From NCBI GenBank assembly GCA_030656615.1, contig JAUSOY010000083.1, forward strand, positions 172,522 through 236,521: a stretch of DNA of 64,000 nucleotides, written 5' to 3'. Positions 34,818 to 44,990 of the stretch are shown piece by piece. This DNA comes from Bacteroidales bacterium (GTDB lineage Bacteria > Bacteroidota > Bacteroidia > Bacteroidales > TTA-H9). Both the position numbers and the translations under genes were made by a program. A model generated the notes under the pieces. The model saw nothing but the letters and a program-made list of their open reading frames with translations, had not been told where the DNA came from and ran no database searches. Positions within the stretch are counted from its first letter, which is position 1. Each line of letters starts with the position of its first letter.

Positions 34818-35702
34818 ATGCTCGATTCTTTTCTAAATTACATTAGCAATGAAAAAAGGTATTCAAAACATACCGTTTGTGCGTATGCTGCTGACATTTC
34901 GTCTTTTTTAACGTTTTTAGAACATTCGTATGATATTGAAAAGCCTGAGGAGACCGAGGCGATGCATATTCGTTCATGGATGGTTGAATTATCGGAGACC
35001 AAAATATCTTCACGAAGTATATGTCGTAAACTGGCATCGGTTAAGGCTTTTTTTAAATTTCACAAAAAAACCGGACGTATTGATGCTAATCCAGCATTGA
35101 AAATTCAGGCACCCAAGGTTTCCGTGAGACTTCCAGGTTATATTGATGAAAAAGGGATGGAATGGTTAATCATGAATCAGGAAAAGACGGAAAGTTTTGA
35201 GTCAATTCGAAATATGCTAATCATAGAGATGTTGTATCAAACAGGCATGCGGTTATCAGAGTTGGTGAATCTGAGTTGGGACGATGTTGATACTACAAAA
35301 GCCTCTATAAGAGTTATGGGAAAAAGGCGAAAGGAGAGAATAATTCCCATTATTGAACCACTACAGGAATTAATCGTTAAATATCGAGATTGTGTGTCTT
35401 CGCATTTTGGAAGTAATGAAAAGCATGCTTCAATATTTTTAACCGATAAGGGCAATAAAATTTATCCTAAACTTGTTTATAGGATAGTTAATTCGTACCT
35501 TAGCATGATAACCTCTATGGAGAAAAAAAGCCCCCATGTATTAAGGCATACTTTTGCCACGCATATGCTCAATTCCGGAGCCGATCTCAATGCTATTAAA
35601 GAGATTCTCGGACATTCGAGCCTTGCGGCTACTCAGGTGTATACTCATGTCTCAATAGAAAAACTCAGGAAAATTTATAAACAAGCCCATCCAAAGGCGT
35701 AA
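34818..35702 (+). CDS. Tyrosine recombinase, XerC/XerD-like
   Basis: 294 aa. The N-terminal SAM-like domain is FLNYISNEKRYSKHTVCAYAADI. The catalytic region contains GMRLSEL, HVLRHTFATH and LGHSSLAATQVYTH (R..HxxR..H..Y). Confidence 0.8.
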   Translation: MLDSFLNYISNEKRYSKHTVCAYAADISSFLTFLEHSYDIEKPEETEAMHIRSWMVELSETKISSRSICRKLASVKAFFKFHKKTGRIDANPALKIQAPKVSVRLPGYIDEKGMEWLIMNQEKTESFESIRNMLIIEMLYQTGMRLSELVNLSWDDVDTTKASIRVMGKRRKERIIPIIEPLQELIVKYRDCVSSHFGSNEKHASIFLTDKGNKIYPKLVYRIVNSYLSMITSMEKKSPHVLRHTFATHMLNSGADLNAIKEILGHSSLAATQVYTHVSIEKLRKIYKQAHPKA

Positions 35703-35715
35703 AGAAAGGAGAATT

Positions 35716-36015
35716 ATGAAAGTAAGTATCAATGCAGTACATTTCAGGACAGATTCCAAGCTTGAGGATTTTATCAATGATAAACTCGGAAAAATGAATG
35801 GTTTATTCGATGGGATCGTTGGCAGTGACGTGACTTTAAAACTTGAAAATTCGGAATCACCGGAAAATAAGGTTGTTGAAATACGTTTAGCTATACGCGG
35901 CAATGATTTGTATGCCCGGAAGCAATGCAAAACTTTTGAAGAGGCTACAGATCAATCGATTGAAGCTTTGAAAAAGCAGTTACAGAAATATAAAGACAAA
36001 AAAAGAGGTCTGTAA
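35716..36015 (+). CDS. hpf: Ribosome hibernation promoting factor / RaiA (short form)
   Basis: 99 aa. Its organisation (MKVSINAVHF...IEALKKQLQKYKDK) matches the sigma-54-modulation/HPF family. Conserved position before the tRNA-tuf cluster. Confidence 0.8.
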   Translation: MKVSINAVHFRTDSKLEDFINDKLGKMNGLFDGIVGSDVTLKLENSESPENKVVEIRLAIRGNDLYARKQCKTFEEATDQSIEALKKQLQKYKDKKRGL

Positions 36016-36066
36016 GGAAAAAAAAATATAAAAGTTTTGTTTATTTCCGAACTTGTTTTACTTTTG

Positions 36067-36097
36067 CAGTCCCTTTCCAAAAGGGGCTGTTTTTTTG
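36067..36097 (+). terminator. Intrinsic terminator after hpf
   Basis: cagtccctt/aaggggctg hairpin followed by T7. Confidence 0.55.
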
Positions 36098-36170
36098 AGA
36101 GCAAAAACCGATGAATAATTGCAGAAGCAAAGAAGATTCGGATAGTTCTTTGAGTATTGAAAATTATACC

Positions 36171-36252
36171 GGGGAGATTCCAGAGCGGTCAAATGGGGCA
36201 GACTGTAAATCTGTTGGCACAGCCTTCGAAGGTTCGAATCCTTCTCTCCCCA
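36171..36252 (+). tRNA. tRNA-Tyr (anticodon GTA), long variable arm
   Basis: Acceptor GGGGAGA/TCTCCCC, anticodon loop CTGTAAA, T-arm GAAGGTTCGAATCCTTC. It is very similar to E. coli tRNA-Tyr. Confidence 0.92.
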
Positions 36253-36259
36253 CGGTAAT

Positions 36260-36303
36260 TTTTGATTTGACATTACATTATAACGTGTGATGTCAAATCA
36301 AAA
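36260..36303 (+). repeat. Perfect 14-bp inverted repeat (hairpin) in the tRNA-Tyr/tRNA-Gly spacer
   Basis: ttttgatttgacat - 16-nt loop - atgtcaaatcaaaa. Confidence 0.7.
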
Positions 36304-36309
36304 TACATT

Positions 36310-36382
36310 GCGGAAGTAGCTCATTTGGTAGAGCGAAAGCCTTCCAAGCTTTAGGTGGCGGGTTCGAGCCCCGTCTTCCGCT
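36310..36382 (+). tRNA. tRNA-Gly (anticodon TCC)
   Basis: Acceptor GCGGAAG/CTTCCGC, anticodon loop CTTCCAA, T-loop GGTTCGAGCC. Confidence 0.92.
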
Positions 36383-36400
36383 CAATAAAGAAAATACCTC

Positions 36401-36472
36401 GCCGATGTAGCTCAGGGGTAGAGCACTTCCTTGGTAAGGAAGGGGTCACCAGTTCAATTCTGGTCATCGGCT
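36401..36472 (+). tRNA. tRNA-Thr (anticodon GGT)
   Basis: Acceptor GCCGATG/CATCGGC, anticodon stem CTTCC/GGAAG with loop TTGGTAA, T-loop AGTTCAATTCT. Confidence 0.92.
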
Positions 36473-36521
36473 CACTGCCCGGATTGCGGGCTTTTAGTAA
36501 TTATCATTAACAAGTTCAAAC

Positions 36522-37712
36522 ATGGCAAAAGAAAAATTTGATCGTTCCAAACCACATGTAAATATTGGAACAATTGGTCACATCGACCATGGTAAGACCA
36601 CTCTGACAGCTGCCATCACCCTAAACCTTTCCAGAAAAGGTTGGTCAGAGTTCAGGTCTTTTGATTCGATTGACAACGCGCCCGAAGAAAAAGCACGTGG
36701 AATTACAATCAACACGGCTCATATTGAGTACCAAACCCTTAACAGGCATTACGCTCACGTTGATTGCCCAGGCCACGCCGATTATATTAAGAATATGATT
36801 ACCGGTGCTGCACAGATGGATGGAGCCATCCTCGTTGTTGCTGCTACGGATGGTCCTATGCCCCAGACTCGTGAACATATCCTTCTTGCTCGTCAGGTTG
36901 GTGTTCCCAAGTTGGTTGTTTTTATGAATAAAGTTGACTTGGTTGACGACGAAGAACTTCTCGACCTCGTTGAAATGGAAACCCGCGAACTTCTTTCATT
37001 CTACGGTTTTGATGGTGACGAAACTCCCATTATCCGTGGTTCAGCCCTCGGCGGTTTGAATGAAGAACCCGCATGGTCAGAAAAAATCATTGAGCTTATG
37101 GAAGCTTGTGATACTTGGATTCCTTTACCTGCCCGCGATGTAGACAAACCATTCCTGATGCCTGTTGAGGATGTATTCTCAATTACTGGTCGTGGAACTG
37201 TTGCAACAGGTAGGGTTGAAACCGGAATTATCCACAGCGGTGACCCTGTTGAAATTATCGGTCTTGGTTCTGAAAAAATGAAGTCTGTTGTTACTGGTGT
37301 TGAAATGTTCCGCAAAATTCTTGACACTGGCCAGGCTGGTGACAATGCCGGTATGCTTCTCCGTGGTATCGATAAAGATTCCATTCGTCGTGGTATGGTT
37401 ATTGCTGCCCCTGGCACAATCAAACCTCACAAACATTTCAGAGGCCAGGTTTATATTCTGAAAAAAGAAGAAGGTGGACGTCATACACCTTTCCACAATA
37501 AATATCGTCCTCAGTTCTACTTCAGAACCACCGATGTTACTGGTGAAATTACCTGCCCTGAAGGCGTAGAAATGGTAATGCCCGGCGACAACCTCGAGGT
37601 TGAAGTAATGCTGATTTATGAAATAGCCATGAACCTTAACCTTCGTTTTGCTATCCGTGAAGGCGGACGTACCGTTGGTGCAGGTCAGGTTATCGAGATT
37701 CTCGATATATAA
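36522..37712 (+). CDS. tuf: Elongation factor Tu
   Basis: [36 protein letters not shown] and NKVD are the canonical G motifs. Confidence 0.98.
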   Translation: MAKEKFDRSKPHVNIGTIGHIDHGKTTLTAAITLNLSRKGWSEFRSFDSIDNAPEEKARGITINTAHIEYQTLNRHYAHVDCPGHADYIKNMITGAAQMDGAILVVAATDGPMPQTREHILLARQVGVPKLVVFMNKVDLVDDEELLDLVEMETRELLSFYGFDGDETPIIRGSALGGLNEEPAWSEKIIELMEACDTWIPLPARDVDKPFLMPVEDVFSITGRGTVATGRVETGIIHSGDPVEIIGLGSEKMKSVVTGVEMFRKILDTGQAGDNAGMLLRGIDKDSIRRGMVIAAPGTIKPHKHFRGQVYILKKEEGGRHTPFHNKYRPQFYFRTTDVTGEITCPEGVEMVMPGDNLEVEVMLIYEIAMNLNLRFAIREGGRTVGAGQVIEILDI

Positions 37713-37787
37713 ATAAATTTTCTTTTGCTAATTCGAAGGTGTTCTGTCTAAAAAGGCGGAGCACCTTTGGGCGCAAAGGATGGACAA

Positions 37788-37860
37788 ACGGGTGTAGCTC
37801 AATTGGTAGAGTAGTGGTCTCCAAAACCATTGGCTGGGAGTTCGAGTCTCTCCACCCGTG
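37788..37860 (+). tRNA. tRNA-Trp (anticodon CCA)
   Basis: Acceptor ACGGGTG/CACCCGT, anticodon loop CTCCAAA, T-loop TTCGAGT. Conserved position between tuf and secE. Confidence 0.9.
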
Positions 37861-37878
37861 CAAACCATAGAAAATAAG

Positions 37879-38076
37879 ATGGCTAAGATAAAGATTGCAG
37901 AATATGTTCAAGAAAGTTATGACGAGCTTATGCACAAAGTGTCATGGCCTACTTGGACTGAACTCCAAAGCAGCGCTGTTGTGGTATCCATTGCTTCCCT
38001 GATAATCGCCTTGGTGGTTTTCTCGATGGATATTGTATTCGAAAACGTTTTGAAAGTATTCTACGGCCTTTTTTAA
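37879..38076 (+). CDS. secE: Preprotein translocase subunit SecE
   Basis: 65 aa from the ATG at 37879 with a single C-terminal TM helix. It sits immediately upstream of nusG. Confidence 0.85.
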   Translation: MAKIKIAEYVQESYDELMHKVSWPTWTELQSSAVVVSIASLIIALVVFSMDIVFENVLKVFYGLF

Positions 38077-38136
38077 AGGCTAAACGTTGACGAAGAGCGC
38101 AAAATTGGTTTTATTATAATAATCACCCATGTAAGT

Positions 38137-38679
38137 ATGAGCGATCAGGTCAAGAAGTGGTATGTAGTGAGAGCCGTGAGTGGTGGCGAGAAGAAGGTGA
38201 AACAATATCTCGAAAGCGAGATTAATCAGCTTAAGCTTGGCGACTACATTTCACAAGTTCTGATACCTACCGAAAAGGTGTACCAGATTAGGAACGGAAA
38301 GAAGGTGAGCAAAGAGCGCAACTATTTTCCGGGCTATGTGCTTATTGAGGCCTTGTTAGTTGGGGAGATACCGCATATCATCCGCAGCATACCTGGCGTC
38401 TTAGGTTTTCTGGGCACTAAAGGCGAGGCAGAACCACTGCGTCGATCGGAAGTGAATCGTTTGCTGGGTAAGGTAGATGAACTGGCCGAACAAGGCGAGG
38501 AAATGAATATACCTTACATTATCGGCGAAACGGTTACCGTTACTGATGGCCCGTTCAATAGCTTCAGTGGTGTCATTGAGGAAATCAATGAAGAGAAGAA
38601 AAAGCTGAAAGTAATGGTGAAAATTTTTGGCCGAAAAACTCCACTTGAACTCAGTTTTATGCAGGTGACTAAAGAATAA
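38137..38679 (+). CDS. nusG: Transcription termination/antitermination factor NusG
   Basis: The NGN domain begins WYVVRAVSGGEKKV. The KOW motif is GETVTVTDGPFNSFSGVIEEI. Confidence 0.95.
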   Translation: MSDQVKKWYVVRAVSGGEKKVKQYLESEINQLKLGDYISQVLIPTEKVYQIRNGKKVSKERNYFPGYVLIEALLVGEIPHIIRSIPGVLGFLGTKGEAEPLRRSEVNRLLGKVDELAEQGEEMNIPYIIGETVTVTDGPFNSFSGVIEEINEEKKKLKVMVKIFGRKTPLELSFMQVTKE

Positions 38680-38743
38680 ACCAAACACAACACAAACACC
38701 TGCCCTTTTGGGCGGGATTCATACAATTAAATAATATATTAAC

Positions 38744-39187
38744 ATGGCGAAAGAAGTAAGCGGAATAATCAAGCTTCAGATCAAAGGTGCCGCTGCTAAT
38801 CCATCTCCCCCTGTAGGCCCAGCATTGGGTTCTAAAGGTGTGAATATTATGGAATTTTGCAAGCAGTTTAACGCCCGTACCCAGGAGCTGTCCGGTAAGG
38901 TTGTTCCAGTAATCATTACGGTTTATAAGGATAAATCGTTTGATTTCATTCTGAAAACACCTCCCGCAGCCGTACAGTTAATGGAAGCTGCAAAAATTCA
39001 GAAGGGATCACCCGAATCGAACCGCAAAAAGGTTGGCAGTGTTAACTGGCAACAAATCGAAGCAATTGCTGAGATTAAAATGCCTGACCTCAACTGCTTT
39101 ACACTGGAATCGGCCATGAAAATGATTGCCGGTACAGCTAGAAGCATGGGATTAACCATCACTGGTGAAGCACCCTTTGCCAATTAA
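38744..39187 (+). CDS. rplK: 50S ribosomal protein L11
   Basis: [35 protein letters not shown] is canonical L11. Confidence 0.97.
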   Translation: MAKEVSGIIKLQIKGAAANPSPPVGPALGSKGVNIMEFCKQFNARTQELSGKVVPVIITVYKDKSFDFILKTPPAAVQLMEAAKIQKGSPESNRKKVGSVNWQQIEAIAEIKMPDLNCFTLESAMKMIAGTARSMGLTITGEAPFAN

Positions 39188-39239
39188 CATAATTGAGCAA
39201 TTGCTCAATTAATGACAACGAATCATTAACAACTTTGAA

Positions 39240-39935
39240 ATGGCAAAAGTTACGAAAAAACGCAAAGAAGCTTTAGCTCAAGTAGATATCAACAAAGTTT
39301 ATTCTTTGACTGAAGCATCTGAGTTGCTGAAAAAGATCTCTAGCACCAAATTTGACGCCTCTGTAGATATTGATGTCAGATTGGGTGTAGATCCACGTAA
39401 AGCTAACCAGATGGTACGCGGTATTGTTACTCTCCCTCATGGCTCTGGAAAGACCATTCGGGTTTTAGTATTATGTACCCCAGATAAAGAAGAAGAAGCT
39501 AAAGCAGCAGGAGCCGACTATTACGGACTTGACGATTATGTTGCCAAAATTAAAAATGGTTGGACAGACGTGGATGTGGTTATTACCACTCCTAACGTGA
39601 TGCCCAAGGTTGGTGCTTTAGGTAAAATCCTCGGCCCTCGCGGGTTGATGCCTAACCCTAAAGCCGGTACCGTAACCATGGATGTTGGTAAAGCCGTCAC
39701 TGAAGTAAAAGCAGGTAAGATCGATTTTAAGGTTGATAAGTACGGAATCGTTCATGCTGGCATTGGAAAAGTTTCATTTGATGCTGAAAAGATTTTTGAT
39801 AACGCAAGAGAAATCATTCAGTCTATTAATAAACTTAAACCCGCTGCCGCGAAAGGAACATATGTTAAAAGCATTTACCTTTCAAGCACGATGAGCCCCG
39901 GACTACAAATCGACCCTAAATCAGTTACTATCTAA
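39240..39935 (+). CDS. rplA: 50S ribosomal protein L1
   Basis: 231 aa with [24 protein letters not shown] and [15 protein letters not shown]. Confidence 0.97.
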   Translation: MAKVTKKRKEALAQVDINKVYSLTEASELLKKISSTKFDASVDIDVRLGVDPRKANQMVRGIVTLPHGSGKTIRVLVLCTPDKEEEAKAAGADYYGLDDYVAKIKNGWTDVDVVITTPNVMPKVGALGKILGPRGLMPNPKAGTVTMDVGKAVTEVKAGKIDFKVDKYGIVHAGIGKVSFDAEKIFDNAREIIQSINKLKPAAAKGTYVKSIYLSSTMSPGLQIDPKSVTI

Positions 39936-39974
39936 GGCTGGTAGTCATAAGTTCCTGAAAAAATTGGAAAACTC

Positions 39975-40502
39975 ATGAGAAAAGAAGAAAAGAACCAGTT
40001 GATAAACGCTCTGATAGAGGACTTGAATCAGAATCCCATTTTCTATCTGACAGATACTTCAAAATTGAATTCTGAAGTTACCTCTCAGTTAAGGAGATTC
40101 TGTTTCAAACGCAATATTCAGCTGAAGGTTGTGAAAAATACCCTGTTGTATAAAGCAATGGAGCGCTCTGGTAAAGACTATGGAGATCTTTACAATGCAC
40201 TCGAGGGTCCCACATCTATCCTTTTTGCTGATACCGGAAATGCACCGGCTAAGCTCATTCAGGAATTTCGTCAGAAATTCAAAACCGACCGCCCAAAACT
40301 TAAGGGTGCTTATGTGGAAGAAATGTCGTATGTTGGTGAAAATCAACTCGAATTCCTCTCCAAAATTAAGTCGAAGAATGAACTACTTGGTGAACTCATT
40401 GGTCTGTTACAATCACCCGCTCGCAATGTGATTTCCGCACTGCAGTCAAGTGGTGGTAAATTGGCCGGTATCGTGAAAACATTATCCGAAAGACCTGAAT
40501 AA
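39975..40502 (+). CDS. rplJ: 50S ribosomal protein L10
   Basis: 175 aa. Position between rplA and rplL, with an L10-like sequence. Confidence 0.92.
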   Translation: MRKEEKNQLINALIEDLNQNPIFYLTDTSKLNSEVTSQLRRFCFKRNIQLKVVKNTLLYKAMERSGKDYGDLYNALEGPTSILFADTGNAPAKLIQEFRQKFKTDRPKLKGAYVEEMSYVGENQLEFLSKIKSKNELLGELIGLLQSPARNVISALQSSGGKLAGIVKTLSERPE

Positions 40503-40590
40503 GGATTATCTCAGTTGATTATTTTTTGTAACAACTGAAAATATTTTAAAACACAAATTAATCAGATTCAATTTTTAATTTCAAATAACA

Positions 40591-40965
40591 ATGGCAGATC
40601 TTAAAGCTTTTGCAGAACAGTTAGTAAATCTCACCGTTAAAGAAGTTAACGAACTTGCAGCCATCCTTAAAGATGAGTACGGTATTGAGCCCGCCGCTGC
40701 AGCAGTATCAATGGCAGCCGCTCCCGCCGCTCAGGCTGAAGAGGTTGAAGAACAAACTTCTTTTGACGTAATCCTTAAAGAAGCTGGTAGCGAGAAACTT
40801 AAAGTAGTAAAACTCGTAAAAGAGCTCACTAGTCTCGGACTGAAAGAATCCAAAGACCTCGTTGATTCTGCTCCTAAAGCACTTAAAGAAGGTGTTAGTA
40901 AGGATGAAGCAGAAGCACTCAAAAAACAGCTCGAGGATATCGGTGCTGTGGTTGAGATTAAATAA
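40591..40965 (+). CDS. rplL: 50S ribosomal protein L7/L12
   Basis: 124 aa with an Ala-rich hinge and a C-terminal domain [27 protein letters not shown]. Confidence 0.97.
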   Translation: MADLKAFAEQLVNLTVKEVNELAAILKDEYGIEPAAAAVSMAAAPAAQAEEVEEQTSFDVILKEAGSEKLKVVKLVKELTSLGLKESKDLVDSAPKALKEGVSKDEAEALKKQLEDIGAVVEIK

Positions 40966-40992
40966 CTACGCAATACGGACCTACACAGATAT

Positions 40993-41024
40993 AAACTACC
41001 GCCTAAAACATACGGCGGTGGTTT
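40993..41024 (+). terminator. rplL-rpoB intergenic hairpin (probable attenuator / partial terminator)
   Basis: 11-bp stem aaactaccgcc/ggcggtggttt (one G-U pair) followed by a T-rich tract. Attenuation at this junction is classical in bacteria. Confidence 0.55.
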
Positions 41025-41091
41025 ATATCTTTCTTTGTTTATTTAATAAGCGGCTTTTCGATTTTTTTATACCCACATAAAACCTACAGCC

Positions 41092-44000
41092 TTGGCTTCA
41101 AAAACCGTCGAAATTGTAAATTTTGGTTCAGCGAAGATTCAAACCGAATATCCTGACTTTCTCGAAATTCAGCTTAAAAGCTTTCAGGATTTTTTCCAGC
41201 TTGAAACCAATCCGGAAAACAGGGTCAACGAAGGTCTCTACAAAGTATTTTCTGAGAACTTCCCAATCACGGATGCCCGCAACAACTTCGTACTTGAATT
41301 TCTCGACTATTTTATTGATCCCCCGCGTTATTCAATAGAGGAATGTATTGAGCGCGGATTAACGTATTGTGTCCCTCTTAAAGCTAAACTTAAGCTTTAT
41401 TGTACAGACCCCGAGCACGAAGACTTTGAAACAATCATTCAGGATGTTTATCTTGGAATGATTCCTTATATGACTCCAAAAGGCACTTTTGTTGTTAATG
41501 GAGCCGAACGTGTTGTTGTGTCACAGCTTCACCGCTCTCCTGGTGTTTTCTTTGGCCAGCACAGACACGCCAATGGTACCATGCTGTTTTCAGCTCGTAT
41601 CATTCCTTTCAAAGGATCATGGATGGAGTTCACCACGGATATTAACAACGTGATGTACGCATACATCGATCGTAAAAAGAAATTACCAGTTACCACGCTT
41701 CTTAGAGCTATTGGATTCGAAACGGATAAAAATATCCTTGAAATATTCGATTTGGCTCAGGAGGTTAAAGTAACCAAAGCCAACGCAAAAAAACTTATTG
41801 GTATGCGTTTGGCTGCACGTGTTCTCCGTTCATGGATCGAAGACTTCGTGGATGAAGATACCGGCGAAGTTGTTTCTATCGAACGTACCGAAGTGATTAT
41901 TGATCGCGAAACGGTTCTTGATCAGGATAATATCGAACTAATCATCGATGCAGATGTCAAAACCATCCTTTGCCATAAAGATGAAATGGTGGGTCTTGAT
42001 TACAATATTATTTTTAATACTCTTCAAAAAGATACTGCCAACAGCGAAAAAGAAGCTGTTGAATTTATATACCGCCAGCTTCGTAATGCCGAACCTCCTG
42101 ATGAGGAAACGGCTAGAGGCATTATTGATAAGCTTTTCTTTTCTGATAAACGTTACGATTTGGGCGATGTAGGTCGCTATCGAATTAATCGTAAGCTTGC
42201 TCTGAATATCGCGCCGGAAACTAAAGTTTTAACCAAAGAGGATATCATCGCTATTATTAAGTACCTGATTGAACTGGTAAATAGTAAGACCGAGGTGGAT
42301 GATATTGACCATTTGTCGAATCGTCGTGTACGTACTGTAGGTGAACAACTCTATGCCCAGTTTGGTGTAGGCCTGTCACGTATGGCCCGAACTATTCGCG
42401 AAAGAATGAATGTCAGAGATAATGAAGTTTTCACTCCGATGGATCTTATCAATGCCAAAACACTCTCTTCGGTAATTAACTCATTTTTTGGTACAAACCA
42501 GCTGTCGCAGTTTATGGACCAAACCAATCCTCTTTCCGAAATTACCCACAAACGTAGGGTTTCGGCACTTGGACCCGGTGGTCTATCCCGCGACAGAGCC
42601 GGATTTGAGGTTCGTGACGTACATTATACCCACTACGGTCGCTTATGTACCATCGAAACTCCTGAAGGACCAAACATTGGTCTTATTTCCTCTCTTTGTG
42701 TATTTGCAAAAATCAATAGTCTTGGATTTATAGAAACACCCTATAGGCGTGTTTTGGAAGGTGTTGTGCAATTAGACGGTGACCCTGTATATCTTAGTGC
42801 TGAAGAGGAAGAACATAAAGTTATCGCACAGGCAAGTTCCGATATTAACGATGACGGTACTCTTACTGACGATAAAATTAAGGTTCGTTATCTGGCCGAT
42901 TATCCCATTATCCCCAGAACGGAAGTGGATATGATCGACTGTGCTCCCAATCAGATTGCCTCCATCGCTGCTTCGCTTATTCCTTTCCTCGAGCATGATG
43001 ATGCCAACCGTGCACTCATGGGCTCGAATATGATGCGCCAGGCTGTTCCTTTGCTTAACCCCGAACGCCCGATTGTTGGTACTGGTATTGAAGATGCCGT
43101 TGCCCGTGATTCACGTGTTCTAATTAATGCAGAAGGTCCTGGTGTTGTGGAATACGTCGACGCCCGGCAAATTACTATTCGATATGAGCGTGCTGAGGAA
43201 GAAAAACTTGTCAGCTTTGATGATGATATCAAAACATACCAACTTACTAAATTCTTACGTACCAATCAAAATACCAGTATAAACCTTCGCCCTATAGTTC
43301 GTAAAGGCGATAAGGTTTCAAAAGGACAGGTACTTTGTGAAGGTTATGCTACCGATAGTGGTACCCTTGCATTAGGGCGGAATTTGATGGTTGCCTTTAT
43401 GCCTTGGAAAGGGTATAATTTTGAAGATGCTATCGTAATCTCTGAGAAGGTTGTTAAGGAAGATATCTTTACATCCATTCATATCGAAGAGTTTACTCTG
43501 GAGGTTCGGGATACCAAACGCGGTATTGAAGAGCTTACCAATGATATTCCGAACGTAAGTACGGAAGCTACAAAAGATTTGGACGAAAATGGTCTGATTC
43601 GTATTGGCGCTGATGTAAATGAAGGAGATATCCTTATTGGTAAAATTACTCCAAAAGGCGAAAGTGATCCTACTCCTGAAGAAAAACTGTTAAGGGCAAT
43701 CTTTGGCGATAAAGCTGGTGATGTTAAGGATGCTTCTCTAAAAGCACCTCCTTCGATGAAAGGGGTTGTTATTGAGAAGAAACTTTTCTCACGGGTGTTT
43801 AAAGATAAGAAGTCAAAGGCCAAGGAAAAGGATGCTTTGAAAGAAATCGAGGATGAATTTAAAAAGCTCTCCTACGAACTCAAAACCAAACTTGTTGAAA
43901 AACTGCTTGATTTGGTTAATGGTAAGGTTTCTCAAGGTGTTTACAGTAATTTTAAACAGGAAATTGTTGGTAAAAAAGCCAAGTTTACCCACAAAATCCT

Positions 44001-44898
44001 CACGGATATTGATTATTCTACAATTAATCCTAATAAGTGGACCACCGATAAGGACAAGAATGACCTTATCAAAATGCTTATTAATAATCATAATATCAAG
44101 TTCCGCGAAATTCTTGGAATTTTTAACCGTAAGAAATTCGTGGCTACTGTTGGTGATGAACTGCCTAACGGAATCATTCAGCTTGCTAAAGTATACGTAG
44201 CTAAAAAACGTAAGCTTAAAGTGGGCGATAAAATGGCAGGACGCCATGGAAATAAAGGTATCGTAGCAAAAATTGTTCGCGAAGAAGACATGCCATTCCT
44301 GGCTGATGGTACTCCGGTTGATATTGTTTTGAATCCTCTGGGTGTGCCTTCACGTATGAATCTTGGACAGATTTACGAAACCATTCTTGCATGGGCTGGT
44401 AAAAATATGGGTATGCGCTTCTCGACACCCATTTTCGATGGTGCTAGTCTGGATGACATCAATGATTACCTCGCAAAAGCAGGTGTTCCTGAAAACGGTA
44501 GCACCTTCCTATACGACGGCGGAACCGGCGAACGCTTTCATCAGCAGGCAACTGTAGGTTATATTTATATGATGAAACTTCATCATATGGTTGATGATAA
44601 GATGCATGCCCGCTCTATTGGACCATATTCGTTGATTACCCAGCAACCATTGGGCGGTAAAGCTCAATTCGGAGGTCAGCGATTTGGAGAAATGGAAGTT
44701 TGGGCACTCGAAGCTTTCGGTGCAGCAAATGTTTTACAGGAAGTTCTAACAATTAAATCGGATGATGTAATCGGCCGTGCGAAAGCATACGAAAGCATTG
44801 TTAAAGGTGAAAATAACCCTGTTCCAGGAATTCCCGAATCCTTCAACGTACTCGTTCACGAGTTGCGTGGTTTAGGACTCAATGTAACCTTCGATTAA
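41092..44898 (+). CDS. rpoB: DNA-directed RNA polymerase subunit beta
   Basis: 1268 aa. The N-terminus ([29 protein letters not shown]) aligns with Bacteroidota RpoB. The only in-frame start at the expected position is TTG at 41092. Confidence 0.97.
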   Translation: MASKTVEIVNFGSAKIQTEYPDFLEIQLKSFQDFFQLETNPENRVNEGLYKVFSENFPITDARNNFVLEFLDYFIDPPRYSIEECIERGLTYCVPLKAKLKLYCTDPEHEDFETIIQDVYLGMIPYMTPKGTFVVNGAERVVVSQLHRSPGVFFGQHRHANGTMLFSARIIPFKGSWMEFTTDINNVMYAYIDRKKKLPVTTLLRAIGFETDKNILEIFDLAQEVKVTKANAKKLIGMRLAARVLRSWIEDFVDEDTGEVVSIERTEVIIDRETVLDQDNIELIIDADVKTILCHKDEMVGLDYNIIFNTLQKDTANSEKEAVEFIYRQLRNAEPPDEETARGIIDKLFFSDKRYDLGDVGRYRINRKLALNIAPETKVLTKEDIIAIIKYLIELVNSKTEVDDIDHLSNRRVRTVGEQLYAQFGVGLSRMARTIRERMNVRDNEVFTPMDLINAKTLSSVINSFFGTNQLSQFMDQTNPLSEITHKRRVSALGPGGLSRDRAGFEVRDVHYTHYGRLCTIETPEGPNIGLISSLCVFAKINSLGFIETPYRRVLEGVVQLDGDPVYLSAEEEEHKVIAQASSDINDDGTLTDDKIKVRYLADYPIIPRTEVDMIDCAPNQIASIAASLIPFLEHDDANRALMGSNMMRQAVPLLNPERPIVGTGIEDAVARDSRVLINAEGPGVVEYVDARQITIRYERAEEEKLVSFDDDIKTYQLTKFLRTNQNTSINLRPIVRKGDKVSKGQVLCEGYATDSGTLALGRNLMVAFMPWKGYNFEDAIVISEKVVKEDIFTSIHIEEFTLEVRDTKRGIEELTNDIPNVSTEATKDLDENGLIRIGADVNEGDILIGKITPKGESDPTPEEKLLRAIFGDKAGDVKDASLKAPPSMKGVVIEKKLFSRVFKDKKSKAKEKDALKEIEDEFKKLSYELKTKLVEKLLDLVNGKVSQGVYSNFKQEIVGKKAKFTHKILTDIDYSTINPNKWTTDKDKNDLIKMLINNHNIKFREILGIFNRKKFVATVGDELPNGIIQLAKVYVAKKRKLKVGDKMAGRHGNKGIVAKIVREEDMPFLADGTPVDIVLNPLGVPSRMNLGQIYETILAWAGKNMGMRFSTPIFDGASLDDINDYLAKAGVPENGSTFLYDGGTGERFHQQATVGYIYMMKLHHMVDDKMHARSIGPYSLITQQPLGGKAQFGGQRFGEMEVWALEAFGAANVLQEVLTIKSDDVIGRAKAYESIVKGENNPVPGIPESFNVLVHELRGLGLNVTFD

Positions 44899-44990
44899 AC
44901 TAAATAGGGACGGGGTTTCGGCCCTGTCTTACTCTTATATGTTCTAAAGGTGTTTTTATAATAACTCTTTCGAAAATCAAGATATAGAAC

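Noticed and set aside
34818-35702. Tyrosine recombinase as the integrase of a mobile element carrying the ice-binding gene
   Set aside because: From memory, a XerC/XerD-like gene in the order rpsU / recombinase / hpf / tRNAs / tuf is a conserved housekeeping arrangement in Bacteroidota. The gene also lies outside the R1/R2-bracketed segment. A role in acquiring the neighbouring island cannot be excluded.
36058-36273. 71-aa minus-strand ORF
   Set aside because: It overlaps tRNA-Tyr and the hpf terminator. Its translation is just the antisense of a tRNA.
37690-37935. 81-aa minus-strand ORF
   Set aside because: It is antisense to tRNA-Trp and the secE start and has no protein-like features.
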